Shown: positions 49,450-63,914 of the stretch, piece by piece
How positions within the stretch are numbered: position 1 is the stretch's first letter
Layout: each line of letters opens with the position of its first letter
NCBI GenBank assembly: GCA_964187785.1
Contig: OZ076417.1
Location: 16,554,001-16,618,000, forward strand
DNA length: 64,000 nt
Source of the DNA: Amphiscolops sp. MND2022
Taxonomy: Eukaryota
Reading direction: 5' to 3'
Made by a program: the position numbers and the translations under genes
The notes under the pieces: model-generated
Databases searched by the model: none
What the model was told of the DNA's origin: nothing
What the model saw: only the letters and a program-made list of their open reading frames with translations

Positions 49450-49800
49450 GGAAAAGGCATCAAAAACCTTTGTGGGCAGATGTGTGATGAAATCTTTGAA
49501 AGGGAGTGATTTTGGGCAGAGGAAAAACGTCGGCTAAACAAGGATTTGGCAGAGAAAACATGAAAGAAAAGCTCAACAGTGAGCTGTAAGGCCTTTGTAA
49601 CCATTTGCAAGTCACTTCCAAATCACACTTTTCAACTGACTATTGTTCAACCACTCTGTTGTCTTTCGAACATTTCTGCGTTTCGTAGTTTATTGGCTAC
49701 GTTTAAGAATATGTCATCGTTGCAAAAAATTGTCGCCAAACATGTGTTGCTCAGCGCGCGTCTTGTTGTTGAGACACTTCAGATGTTTTTTTTATTAACC
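49450..49800 (-). mobile_element. Decayed probable DNA-transposase fragment; paralogous piece at about 54130-54500
   Basis: cacttccaaatcacac.tt..aac.gac.attgtt..accactc is shared. Peptides CLNNK....Q..FG...Q..HILK and W.NN..L..VIWK are conserved. Superfamily uncertain. Confidence 0.35.
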
Positions 49801-52800
49801 GGACTGGAGGTGGAACTTTGTGGATCCATCGAAAAATCGGTTGCGTAAACTTTAAACCGCAATATTTCCTAAACTATTCAAGTCCGACTAAGGATTTATA
49901 CAGCGTTCGAAGAGCACCGGGGCTTTCAAATCAATTTTTAAACTGCTGGGCTGGGGGCCCCTTGCGCACAAAGTTTTTTGCGCGAAGACCCCGCTGGCGG
50001 GCGGCTTCGCCGCACTGGCTCCGGACTTTGCGGTAAAACTTTGCACGCGTGGTGTCTCCGGCTGCAGATCAGCTTGTTTCAATACATGCCACAGTCCCTT
50101 TGACCTAATCTTGTCCCCAGTATGATTAAGTGGCCACACAAAAAAAAATAGGAGAAAACAGAAATTTTGCGCTAATTTTATTGATTTTTTTGGTCCCGTT
50201 TTTTTAATTTTGGAGGCATCAAATCAACAACCCGTGAAAATGCATGCAATGCTATTTACTTTTGTCTGAAAATCTTATTCAAGAGTTTTCTTTACCATTC
50301 GGTGGGCTAGTGCCTTTAGGAGTTGGCAGATCTTCAGTGGTGCAAATATGTACCGCGATGCTAATTAGCTGCGATTGATTTGAGGGTTATACATTCCTAG
50401 TCATGTGAACAAATACTTGTTTTTCAAACTGAGAAAATTGATGTTACCGCAGGTCTTCAAATCAATCTTGGTAAGTACACTTCAGGATAAATGCCTGGAT
50501 GCTAAAATTTAATTCCATTCGAGAAAGATCGAAATTGAATACAGCGGATGCATTATCAGTTGTTTTCGCTGCAGAAACTTTCAATATTGATTGGGAAATA
50601 TCTGTCACTCCACAAAAAATGGTGCGCCAACTAGTATTTTACTCACGTTCCGATGAACAATCACTAAAGCAGTTTCCAAAATGATTCTTTTTGAGGAGAG
50701 CCATTGGCTTCACTAAAGATTTGGATACTTCTGGCGGCATTCTGAGGTAAACTTCCAACAAATAATTTGCGGGTGATGTTCATTTTTTTACTCCGCTTAG
50801 TTTTCTTTTTTCAAAACAAATGCAGTGCGCTTCCGGACGGAATGACAGCGTAATCTTGAACGAATCTTTTGAAGCAGTTTTTAATCACTTAACGACAGGC
50901 ATTCCGATGGTTTTAGACGCCCGCAACCGCACCGTATTGCTCCTCTTACAACATTACCACGCCGTCTGCCCGGTCTTCTTCTCTGCAGCTAAGGGGGTGG
51001 AGCATGTCACTGAAGTGACTCATACTCAACTACAACTTTTGACTTTCATTCAGTTGTTTTTTCACAGAGAATGAGATTCATTGATAATGATAATATAAGA
51101 ATACTCCAAACACTCCTTGTCATGGAGCAACTAAGTATCGAAAGGTTTGATTATATCTTCCGTACCCTTAAACTTCTATACTGTTTGGTTGGCACGTGGA
51201 TGAGAAATTCAACAATGAGATCAGTAGTAAATAAAGAACACTGTAAAATACAAAAATCTCTAGATTTAACATGGTTGAAAAAACGAAAAACGACAAATAG
51301 GAACTTTTTCCTCAACCCCATCCCCCCACACTTTTCAAGATGATGCTTCTGCAATTAATTATTTATCAATTAAATGAAACAAACACAACATAAAGGATTT
51401 TTTTAACTATATCATTCAAAATTTCTTCAAATGAGTCTTTTGCTTTGTTTTGCTGTCACCACATGAACTCCACATGAAAAATTTAGGGGAACGGAAAAAG
51501 AGCCGACATAAAAAACACATTCATTCAGGATAAAACTTGGAACTTGGATACCAATAAAGTATCCAGCAAGAAAGCGAACCCGTTTTCCTATGAGAATCCT
51601 TAAATGATTGCTTTATCGGGTGATTGGAGTGTTGCGTTTTCAAGTTTGACAAACAAGACTCGGTCTTGACAAAAATTTTTAAATTTCAATGTTAGCATAG
51701 GTTCCAGAACATTCAATTTCTGGGTATCAACTAGGTATTGTGGATAAATTCAGACTTCCAGTTTTTTCACATTACAATAATAGGAGTAATATTGTATAAA
51801 CTAACATGAAACATATCTGGGTTGGTTGAGAAGATGTTAAACTGAGAGATTCTTTCTTTCCTTTGTTTGGAGTTGATATTTACACTGGTTACCGAGATCA
51901 AAGTTTCGGGTCGCATTTGACACTTTAATTTTTTATCGGTGCTTTTCGACTTTGATTGACACGAGTTGAGTTCTTTTTGTCCCTGATAATTGCTTATAAG
52001 ACAATGACAACTTATATTTCGAGGTTTCAGTAAACATGCCTACGCGTTTGTTCAGTTGAAGGCAAAAAGCAAAATGTTTGAATTACCAGCACGAGTGAAT
52101 GTGAACAGATTTTGAAAACCTATATTTTTCAACGTTGTTCAACACAGCGGATTTTTATTCAGCGATAAACTGTAAAACCTATGCTAAAATTGTCGCAGCC
52201 CCGCAGAGCTACGAGGAACAAAACGACATGAGGGTGTCCGGAGGAAAGGACCGGGGAAATTGATAGGATTAGTCCAAAACACATTTCAAAACCTGAAATA
52301 AACAACCAACTAACATCTGGTGAAGTACCTAAATATTTATGTAAGTTATCACCTAATAATAATGATATTCATGCGTTAAATGCATACTTATGTAAACTCT
52401 AAATCGTATTAACTACGGCGGCAGTTTATTTGCAGTCAAACAGCCAGCGCGTTGACTGAATTTGATGAGTGAGCAAGTTGACTGGAGTGCTGCTTCATAT
52501 ATACTTGTTAGCAATAGCCGTGCTAGTTTGTTAATTTAATAGCCAACCACAGCGAAGCGCAATTAATCTTAGTTGACTGAGTAGCTGACCAAGGCAGCGT
52601 ACCAGTCATCTAGATCTGAGTCAACCGCTCAGTCAACCGACCAGGATATCTAAACGTTTAGTGTCAATTCAACAGTTCAGTCATTTCAACCGGTTGAGTG
52701 ACAACCGTTCTGTCATTATCTAGTGCAAAATTCTAACCGATCCACAGCTTTGAAGACAACTGTATTAAGGAAGATAAAGAGTATGAATTGAAGAAACAAG

Positions 52801-55800
52801 TATCAATGCTGTTGTAATGTTGTTTTGTCGTTTAGTTAGTTTCAGGTCTGAGGCAAGATCTCAGGATGCATACTATACTTTTTTTGTCTGAGTTCTATCA
52901 AAGAGATTTTTGGTGAAGTAGAAAAATTAGTCAGCTAAGGTTGCGATGCTTATTATTAACATTAATCAATCAGAGCTACTGTGCCATTTTGATTGAAATT
53001 GCTATCTTTCTGATATTATTCATTCCAATTGAGTGTTGTTTTGTTTTGTTTTAAGTGATCTGCGTCAGCATTCTGGTTAACTGTTCTGTTGCCCTAAAAT
53101 TGAACTTGTTGTCTGGAGCATGACAAGGATATTTTGTTGTTCAATGATACCTGAAACGTTAATTATCAGCTTTAATTGATCCTCTAATACACCAAAAGTG
53201 CTCATGACTTGTATTTAGGGGATTTTGTTGATTGAATTGTTGTGATTTCCCAGGTTTGTTTCGAGGCAAACTCCATTTCTTTTTAGGCGTCAGTGTCTAG
53301 GTTCATGAATTTCAGTGTAAACATCAGTTTCTCCGTCCTGAATTGGCGGCGAACGAAGATGAATAGACACGGACTTGGATCTTCGGCAGGAAAATGATTA
53401 CCACTTTTCCTCAGAAATGAGTTGACGCTGAAACCCGTTTCCTGAGAACCGAACGCCTACCTACTTTGCTTGCCTGAGAACTGCCCAAACATCATGCAGA
53501 GTTTTTTATTTTGAACTCGAATCGTTGAGGCTTTTTCCGAAAAAATTCAACTACTGCAAAATTAAGCATATTTACTTGTGGAGATCGTTGTACTTTTTCA
53601 CATAAAACACCTACAATTGAAAAAAAACACTGAATTCCTTAATTAAAAGAGACATCATTTTGTTTCCTTAAAAAAAGCAGTGTGATTATTAATAAAAACA
53701 ATAACAAACACTAACAAACAACAAACTAATGCATTAATAATAAAATTTAACTAAAGCGGTAATCTCAATGACCAAAATGACCTTAAAATAACAAAATACC
53801 AAACGTTTTCATTTTTCGACTTTCTGAGTATTTTTGTACAGTTTTAGTACCGATTCAAATTCGAATCCCCAATTTCCAGCAGGTCGGACAAACCGATGTG
53901 TGCAATTCCCAAAGTTCTGTTTCTCCCTGTCACTCTGTCACTACTCATACGTTATATCCGGAAACTCTATTCCTTTAGTAGAGCTTGATACCAGTCAGTG
54001 AGTTTGATTGTCCAAAATGACTGTTGTCGTCCGAAGCAAACGTTCTAGCCACTAGGCTATCGAATCTCAGATTCTTTTCTTCTTCTTTTCAGTGTAGTGT
54101 TTTTTCTGGTGAAAATATTAAAGTTGGACTTTTGAATGACAGCTGGGTAAAACCTTTTCAACTTCAAAAAGCGTCGACTAAAAATGCATTAGGCGCAGAA
54201 AAGAAAAATGAGGAACTCAGCAGTGATCTGTCAGGCAACTGTGACATTGAGCACGCCACTTCCAAATCACACCTTCTAACCGACCATTGTTCTACCACTC
54301 AGCTCTTGTTCGGAATTTTTCTTCAGTATATTTTTTCTGAGTTGTATATTGACTACGTTCGAGACTTAAGAATATGACATTGCTGAAATGTTCTGGGTCC
54401 GAACGTCTGTTGAGCAGCGGCCATCTTGTTATTGAGACATTGAGCGTCAATTTCGTTAAATTGGGAGCAGATTGGAAAACTCCAGATGTTTTTTCCATAG
54501 AATATTAACTGAGAAATACATTTTTTAACACAGTGAAAACTAGAACAAACACAGGTCTCTGCTTCTGCCTTGGTAGACTTCCACGTGATGGTAAAATCCC
54601 ACCGTAAAAATCGATTCCATTGAAAAAAAAAGAGCAAAATGCGCACTATCAATTGTTTTCACTCCAGAAACTCCCAAAAGTTATTCACAAATATCGCAGC
54701 TGCATCTTGGAAAATTACAAATTTCCTATAATTTATTTATGCACATAAATGTTGGCTCAGAAAGTAAAATTCAGTTGGTGAAATTGAAACGAGCCCTAAT
54801 GAAATCAAACCAATTTTGAAAACCAACAGGAACGATGACCAACAGAACTCGCATCTTTAACTGTCTGCCATTGCAAAACTGACTTTGAAAAGTGAGCAAA
54901 CCACAATTTTTATTAAGTACAATGACTTTCCATTCAATCTACTTCATCAAATAAAATAGGTTTTTTCATTTTAGTCGTCTACTTTTCCACGCAAAATCTA
55001 CTTTTTGATCCAATTGTTTCCAAGAAAAAGAGCAGCTCAGATAAGAAGTGAGAATACAGTTAGTTTGTCTCTGTTCGGTGTTGCCCGCTGTAGTCGGTAA
55101 CAGCGAGCAATTTTGCTCCTTGAAGTTCTTGTGTCGTTTGGTCCACGGAGGGAACTTTTTGCGGATGCTATGTCATGGGCGACTTATGGTAAAAAAAAAC
55201 GATTAAAAACTAACTTTGGAAATCCAAGAAGATTTTGTAAAATTTTCTTTTGAAACTTCATGCATATAATTTTATCACAACCGCAGGTTCATTTTGCACT
55301 ATTTTATTCTCCCCTCCAGTTCTGATTTCAGAACACGTGCAAACGTGTTCACTAGTTTGTTCTGCGGTGTTATTTTTCCTTATTCAGTCATGATGTCACA
55401 GACGTCTACCAAAATACACACAACGAAATCTTGCCTTTGAAATGTTACGTCATTCTCGTTGGCAAATCAAAGCTCGTTAGAGAAGCTCAATTTTTTTGGC
55501 TGACGAAGCGATCGAAATTGGTATATAACCCTGAGAGCTCTTGTTTTGGCATAATACTAAATCGACAATTCCGACAACTTCAATTTAACAACCTTCCTTC
55601 ACGGGTTCAATCCCCATTATCAGCGCAGCGCAGTGTTTGTTAATCAAATCACTCAAATATTCTTTTGGGAACGTTCAATATTTTTCCAAGACTTTTACTC
55701 AGTTTTCACAGCTTAAGTTTCCACAGATTTTGTCTTAGTGTTTTTTCCTTTGAAGTCTTGAATTTATTTGAATTCTGCTTTCGAGTGAAAGCCAGTCAAG

Positions 55801-56899
55801 TCTTGAGGTTTTTTCAACTCTGTTTTATAGTAAAACCAATCTAAGTGTTAAGCTTTTCATCTCTCCTCTCAAGTGGAACCAGTTCAATCTTCGAGTGAAA
55901 GCAAGTTACGTCTTTAAATATTTTTCAATCAGAGACAACTTCAAATCTGCTTTCATGGTAAAGCAATTTCTTCTCTTAATCAGAAATTCAATTAACTGGT
56001 ACTTCTATTAAACGTTTTCTTACCGTCTTGGTTCAACAAAGATTTGACTAGTCTTTGCTTTATAGTGGACTATAAACGACAGTCTTGTCATAATCACTAA
56101 CGTTAATCCAAACACCAGAGCTTCAGCTTGGTTATAAGAGACTGGAATACCTTGGCTTTTGTTTGACTATTCAAGCCAAACAGTTCTAAATTTGAGACAA
56201 ATAGTAGCCGAGAATCACTCTATAAAACCAGTGCAACAATATGTTGTTCTTTAATCAAAGATTAGCAGCTCGCTCTCTTCTTCATACCATGACAACCAGT
56301 GGACAATAAAACCCGTGCATGCTTTTGTGTCTCTTAGAAAGAGGCTTCACCTCTTGATCTGGTGAAACCTCAACTTAGCAAAGTGAAGCAAAATAAACCA
56401 ATTATTCTGACTCAACCCATAATATTCAAGATAGCGATAGGCCAAAACACTCTTGTTTCCCGGGCCTTAGGAATAAAGTCCTTCCATTCGAACTCACAAC
56501 TGAGACAACATCTGTCGAAGTGTAGGAACGCACTGTCTTAAAGTTTTTAAGTACGAGACTACTTTGAGATTTCAACCAAGAATAGGGTAGAAAATACTCG
56601 AAGAACTCGTAACTTAAATCAAAATTGATACCTATTTTTTTCTAAAATCAAGCATAATCACACCCACGAACACACTTCACAAACTGGTGCGAACAGTGAG
56701 GCAAACACAATTTATGATAACTCCTGAAGACCCGGACTATCTGCTCTTTGCTGAAATTTTTCTGGTGTTCATTACTCTTGCCTTTCGCATCTGCGCACTA
56801 CCTATTGACAACGGGGTTGACCATTTCTACACATATATACCCTAACTGAGGTAGCATCAAATAGATAGATTGTCACTAACCTCAATCACAAAAGGCATA

Positions 56900-59800
56900 C
56901 ATTTCTCGCACTACTGGATATGGTTCAAAACGTAGTCTCTATTCCCGACCTTGCTTTGGACAACTTCTCAGGGACCGACCCCGACCGAAGATGTCAAATA
57001 ATTCCTCCTGACAGTTAAGAATAAGAAAGAATTTTCACTTGGATCATCACCAAATGATGCTGGAGACGCAGTAAGATATCTTTTCAGAAAAAGGCTCTTT
57101 CTCATCACTCCTCCGCGGACCAGCAGCTGAATGGTTTAAAAGACACAGGAATTCCACTACCCACTTGGATACAAGTCAGAAGAGCCATCATTCCCCGATT
57201 CTCAGAAGACACAGACAAATACAGACACAGAATAACTCCTGGTAACAGTGTAAGATGGAAAGAATAAATAGTCACCAACTTCTATCATCGAATCAGACAT
57301 GGGATTGCCCACTGATACCGCAGCTAATCAAGATGCGAGAGACGCTCAACAAAATTTGAAAAATCAGAAGTATATTGAGTTCAAAATCAGAGGACTAACG
57401 TGACTTAGGAGAAAAGCACACGAGAACCTGATAGAGCATCCAAACGCAACTTGGGACATTTTCAAGGACAATATCGGCAACAAAGACTTAAGTTTTTCAG
57501 CACGTTCAGAGTGTTTACCAATATCAAATAATGACCAAAATACTAAATTGTACTATTTAGAAAAACAAGTCAGAGAATTGCGTCTCATAGAACAACCAGT
57601 GAACAATGATGTCAATGATATATCAAGGCAGAACGCCACACGCTTTAGTGGTATTGTTGACGGAATTGACACACCCTACAATTTTGTAAAACGAAAGCTT
57701 ATGATGGCGAACGAAAACTACAATACAATAGAAAAAATCAAATAGAGGAAACAACTTCGACTAACGATCACATCAAAAGAAAAGAACCGAACTTCGGATC
57801 GGAAAAATATAACTCCCATTTTCAACACAACCCCAGTTCTCTACAAAGGCACGGTAACAACACTAGCAAGCTGTATAACAGAAACCAAAATTGCAACAAC
57901 CAGAACAACTCTAACCACGGACAGAACCAGCGCAGTGGGCAAAACAACTATAACTTTTCCGCAAGACGAAACAAGAACTCCAGCAATCAGTATAACTGAC
58001 ACTTTCCTCAAAACAATTCTGCAGCTCTATTTAATAACGTACAACTCGAAGATGATAACCCTTAGGAAATGATAAACTCAATTTCTAACTACTTTGCTTA
58101 CTGATGTCTCCGCAGCCAGATGGAGAGAAAAACTTCAAATCACGCTTTCATTTGAATGCTTGCTATTTCTCCAACGGAGAGAATAAAAAAGATTGTTGTC
58201 TTGAAATCGAATTCATGGTCGATGTCGGAGCAGCTTGCTCTATCATCAACTACCGCACTTTTAGTAAAACTGCTCTGTTCATCCAACCAATCACAGTCGT
58301 TAGAAGAACACAAAACGAGAACGTACACTAGAGAAATCATACCTATGGTGGGCCATACTACACTCAACTTCACTTTTGACGCTGATGGACAACATTGCTT
58401 TTTTTGCTTTCATCTACAGTTTTAGATAACCGAAACATAAACTTCAAACCTATTGGAGAAAGAATTCTGTAGAAAAAACATTTCAAACTCCACTTTGATA
58501 TACAGGTATAAGAGTTCAAAGATACACCTATACCTATTTTTTACGACATTTTCAGTGCTACCAAACCTTTCCCCTACTTGTCAATATTCAAAGCAATACG
58601 AATACCTCATCAAATACACATCGATGCTAAAACATCTCGTGTCTACAAATACCGAACTGAAGCTGAAAACCAAACTTTGGAACAACCTTTCGTTCCTCAA
58701 TAAAAGTGGTCAGGTTAGGACTAGAGTTCGTTAATGTACTCTGTACACATTAAAAAAATACCTACAATTTCTGATGGATAACAAAACAAATCATCAATTA
58801 ACTCTTGACGAAGGCACTCTGAAACATTCAGCACTCGGAATACTGGGTTACGGACGACCAAAAAACCAAATTAGGGATTATGTTATAATGGTTCATTGAA
58901 TACTATCTGAGAACGATCAGTGTAACGAATTTTTCCTGCTACACTCGACATTACCCACGCGAAGCCTACTTCAAGGATGGGATACGCTTCATGATGAAAA
59001 TCAAACGATTCAACGATGATGAAAATCAAACCACCATTGCCCATTGCTTTTCAGCAGATGCAAAAATGATTAAAGGTTTCGCTATAACAACCACTAACAA
59101 CCTCAATGGACTACAAGACTTTTTTACAAAACGAAAACTTTTGTTGGATCAGTCCTTCCTTTCTGGGATAACGATTCGAATTTTTCATTTACAATCCTGT
59201 CACGAATGAACAATTTCTTTGAAAACCGAACTCTTGAGAACCTTCGTACATCACTCGAGAATATGGGAGGCCACGCTCTACTCAACAACGTTCTCATAAT
59301 AACAAGGCCAAAGATTGGTTTTGGACTTGACAAACTCTCTTGGAATGAAGTTTTCAAAATACTGAAAGACAATTTCACTGACCCGGGAAGTCTCCTACAA
59401 ATCATCACCAGAAACGAACGGGGCTGTGAAAAAGCAAACAAGCCTACCCAGTCAGATATTCATATGGATAATTCACTACGCGAATGATTGGATGAAAGAA
59501 AAAGAATGAACATGACCCAGACTTTACACAAAAGTCTAAATCATACCAACGGCCTTGTACAGAATTATTTCCGATACTATGGCCAAAGGATTTAAATGAT
59601 GACCTCATCGACTAATGTCAGCCGCAAGAACAGAAAGACTTCATCAAATATTTCGAATTCCGATATACTGACTCAGAGGACGAAGAACGTGTTCTACGCA
59701 TAGATATGATTATTGAGTTTAAAAATGTGAACTCCCAGCACAAATTAGATAATGGTCAAACCCAACAGAAAGTTCACGTCACTGCGAAACCAATTTCAAA

Positions 59801-62600
59801 ACTCCGTAAACAGAGTCCTAGCAGTTTCCACTCCGTTTGCAATGAACTCGGAAGACTTCTCGAACCATTACAAGAAACGTTAGAGAATCATTAATAAAGT
59901 GGGACACGATGACGACGGTCTCGGTTCACTCTTTGTGAATCAAATCATTCTCCTACTCAAAAATGATTATGTTACACTTGTTTTTGACGCAAGATATTTG
60001 AATTCTATCAATGACTTATTAAACTACTCTTGGCCACTCAAACCAGTCGAAATTATTATGACTAGAATCAACAGCACTTAGTCCACAGCAAGCAATTGCT
60101 CCTGTGCATATCATCACGTGCCACTAAGTTCCATAACTTGAAGAATTTCTGGAAACAAGGTTCAACCGTAGACTTCCCGGATACACTCAGATGAAATGCA
60201 ACCTCGTCTGACATCAACAAACTTCAATTGCAGCACAAAGAGATGCCGAATGAAATTCCATTCTATGATGAAAGAGGTAACCAAATGCAAATGACTTCTT
60301 GTAATGACTTCTTACCAATAATCTGCCAGCATGGAAACCACAGAAAAAGTTTACACCTGAAGAACGACAGTGAGGAACAGCGTTTTGCGAACTACATGGA
60401 AGACAACGAAGTTTTAGCGAGACATAGCAGACTGTTTTCAACTCGGAAAGACAATAAACGATTTTGTTCTGACGTTTGTTCCGACTTCACAAACTGCAGT
60501 ATAAAAGAAGATCCTTACAGCGAAATTGTAATACATCAAAATATCCCTAACTATCGCGACTTGATGTCACACTAAACTTCGACAAGAAAGATTCCGTATT
60601 TTTACCCAATTTCTCACTTGCCAATGAATCAATCCGAAGATACCATAAAAGGCACTTCTGAAATAAGATCTCAACTCGGGATTACACCCGCATGTCGATA
60701 CGAAAGAGTTGATACAAAAACTGAGCGACTTTGCAAAAGTATTTGATTTAGATTTAAATACATTTGTTCAAGAACAGCTCAACAATCCTGTACTACAGAA
60801 AGTACCCAGCTGGATACAGAAATCAGACAAACGTCCATCAAAACCGCATGGCGTTAATCAACCCAAAGCCTTCTTGTCATATTTCAAATGCTTTGAGCAT
60901 TTCTTCATAGACGAAGGGACCAACCTCCTCTCCTACAAGAAAACAGTACACGAAATCAGCAAAAAAGATAAAAATATGTGTGCCTTTATCTCATTTCCTA
61001 CCATTTTTCAACCTAGCTCATTCACCTAGCCACAGTGGTCATCCTCGAAAAATCAAATCCATTGAGAATGGTAAACAATACTTCTTCTCGCCAGGACGAC
61101 ACAAATGGATTGTGTATCTCATAAAAAGTTGCATCGAATATCAACCCAACAAGTCAAAAGGTCATGCCCTACATGATGCCCCCTTGGAACAGTGGGGAGA
61201 GTTTGAAACCACACGTTTTAAAACGATTCACATGGACCACAAAGGTATGCTCAAACCTAGTAGCAATTCCTATGACCATTGTTTGGTGGTTTTCGCTGCA
61301 TTTTCAAATTTATTGGTGTCTACCCAGTCCAAAAACACTAGCGCACAACACTATCATTGTATTAGAAAATGGATCACCTCCTCTGGAATACCTCAGAAAT
61401 AATTCACCACAACTGAACAGCATTCATCAACAGTGACTTCACAACTCACAGTCGAAGAATTCGAAATATCTCTCGCTCCGCAAACCACACTCACCATGGA
61501 CTAGCGGAAAGTAGAAGTACAAATTCAGCAACTCACACGATACTGGAGAAAAACACAAACCATTCTAGCACCCATTCGCTCAGGACACTGGTGTAAATTA
61601 CACTACGGGACTCACCCCGTGAAAAAAAAACTTTTTTGGAACCAAATTGCAAGTTCCTTTGACTTTAAACTTGGGACTAACTACATACAAAAACAAACAA
61701 TGCAAAACCGGAAGCTTGGAGGGACGAAAACCGCATACACACAGTGAAAACTCGCTACCGAACAAATCCCTGATTACGCAGGCCACTACTTTCAGACGGA
61801 CTCATTGCTCGTGAAAACGACTGAAGAATGAATCTACTTGTCAACCTACCAACTATGCCGTCAGACCACTTCCAAAGCACACGAATACAGAAACCAATTC
61901 AAAATCGGACGATCGATCAATATAGAACAAAAAGAGTTATTAGAAAATCACAATGCCGACTTGAGCAGATCACCAAAGCTGAAACAAATACGCGTAGGTC
62001 TTTTTTAAGTCACAAACGAAAAAACTACAGACGCAAAGCCAGAGGACATTAATCCAGACAATATCAAACTTCCTCGTCGCAATCACCTGATTGAGTATTT
62101 CCCTAAAGCGGAACGTCTCCCTCCTTTAATCACTAACTACGCGCCGATAACAAAAGATTTCTAGAAACATTTATTGCAGTCACAAATGGACAAAACAATT
62201 CTGATTAACGAAGAAGTTCTCCTGATGATATGCCCTTCATCTTCTCACCACTACAAGACAATACGCAGAATCTTCAACAAATTTCCAAAAGTCATGCTAC
62301 TTTTTCACCTAACGCTGTTTAAGGAATTCAATCTTCTTCTACACTTACTAATGATGATCATAGTTATCCAAACCTAAACGATTCCACCGTTGCCGCCACT
62401 ACAAACTTCTATAGTTCCTTTGCCTATTCGTGTTCCTACAATTGCGAGGAAAACGCCGCAATTCCACGAAGCTGAACAATCTACTTCTTTATCGTCAAAA
62501 ACAGTTTCTGATTTTACGTCAAATGTGAAAACCAAATATATACGCACTGATCCTGATAGCTCACTTAGCAAACTAGAACGAAAAGGATACAAAGAATAAA
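56900..62600 (+). mobile_element. Decayed Ty3/Gypsy element: gag-protease-macrodomain-RT(deleted)-RH tail-integrase
   Basis: gag FSGTDP and SLLRGPAAEWF, protease IEFMVDVGAACSII, RT LFVNQIILL...DARYLNS...YSWP, INT HSGH...CIEYQ and FKTIHMDHKG. Most of RT/RH is deleted near 60130. LTRs were not identified. Confidence 0.85.
58967..59425 (+). pseudogene. TARG1/OARD1 (Poa1p-like) macrodomain within the Gypsy pol region
   Basis: IAHCFSADAKMIKGFA, IYNPVT, TLENLRTSLENMGGHALLNNV and PKIGFGLDKLSWNEVFKIL parallel human OARD1 [43 protein letters not shown] and PRIGCGLDRLQWENV. Confidence 0.85.
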
Positions 62601-63539
62601 GAAAAAATACAAACAAAGCACATAATTTAAAACAAATAAGAAAATAAGTATCGAAAAAAAAAAGAAATGAACAAACAAATAAACAAAATAACAAAAAAAC
62701 ACTGTAAAAAAACTTCTAGAAATTCTGCAATAGAATAACAAATTCTCTGACAGCACCATTATGGACTTTTTCCGCTGTCCATGTTCGAAGTCTAATTTAG
62801 CACACACTGTGTGACATGCCCGCAATTGCTCAATGATCGTTTCTCACGTCGGTAGAATGAGAACCGGTTACAACTGAAAATAGATAAAATGCCTTCTTAA
62901 CCAAAAGACTACATAGTTTCTCACAACGGCACGAAGTACCTACCCCTTCTGACACTTCACAAATTGGTACAATCCACCTTGAATCATTGAAAATACACTA
63001 CAAGAATGAACCAATAGTGAAAAGTGAAACAACTTACAATGGGGCCAAGGCCACATATTGAAACAAGTACGGCCTCCAGCGGAGGACTGAATGAACTTTC
63101 TTGGGACATCTCGTATCTATCACAGGTTTACGAAATTCCTCCTTCATGGCAGCTAGCTCTTCGATCTCAGGTGAACGGAGAAACTCGATTCAAACTGTCC
63201 CGACAATCTGGTTCGGATCCATTATAACTCAAATCAATCTGAAAGCACACGAGATAAATTTTCATTTTCAGCACCCTGACCTCAAAAGTGTTCCTCGATA
63301 ATCAACCCAGAAACTTTTCGCGAGCAAAACACAGAGCAAACTCAAAATTTTACTTTAAATTCCACGGCGAGGGGACAATTTCGTGGTTATGAAGTCGGAA
63401 GCAGAAATAACAAGCAAAAATATCGCAAATAATCATCCGACCTAACAACACAAACATTAGAAGATGGAATAAAGAACACAAAGAAGAGCCTAAGGAGAAT
63501 AAAAGAATCTTCGACAAACATTTTTTATCCATTTGTGTC

Positions 63540-63910
63540 ATACTTACGTTTCATTGTTCTATTTTGAAAAATTCTTCTGTACTTCTAATGATTTTTTAAG
63601 AAAGTCTCGATGGAATTGCTTTATGTAAATCAATTTAAAGTTTTGCTTTTGTTTTCGCCTTGATGATAAACTTTTCAACTTCTCTTCGGATCGAGCTTTT
63701 TGTTCAGGTTTTGCTTGTTATCGTTTTCAGCTTCCTAATTTTTGTTCATTTCTGGCCGTCAAATACCTCAACTTATTCAATAGATCAATAGACTACTTTG
63801 TTCAACTCTTCTGTTCACTACACAACATCTTTGCACATGCGTCAATTTGCAAGAGAGTTAGGCTGGTGATATTCCTCATGTTGTGTTTAGTAGCTTTTCG
63901 ACTTCATAAC
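63540..63910 (-). mobile_element. Probable fragment of another Gypsy integrase C-terminal region
   Basis: Weak NTT*GISPA*L motif followed by a Lys/Gln-rich tract. Confidence 0.3.
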
Positions 63911-63914
63911 ACAA

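Noticed and set aside
52440-52740. Clustered gttgactga/tcagtcaac motifs considered as a CRISPR-like or satellite array
   Set aside because: Irregular short motifs in both orientations with no constant repeat-spacer period. Probably a decayed MITE, and the DNA is eukaryotic.
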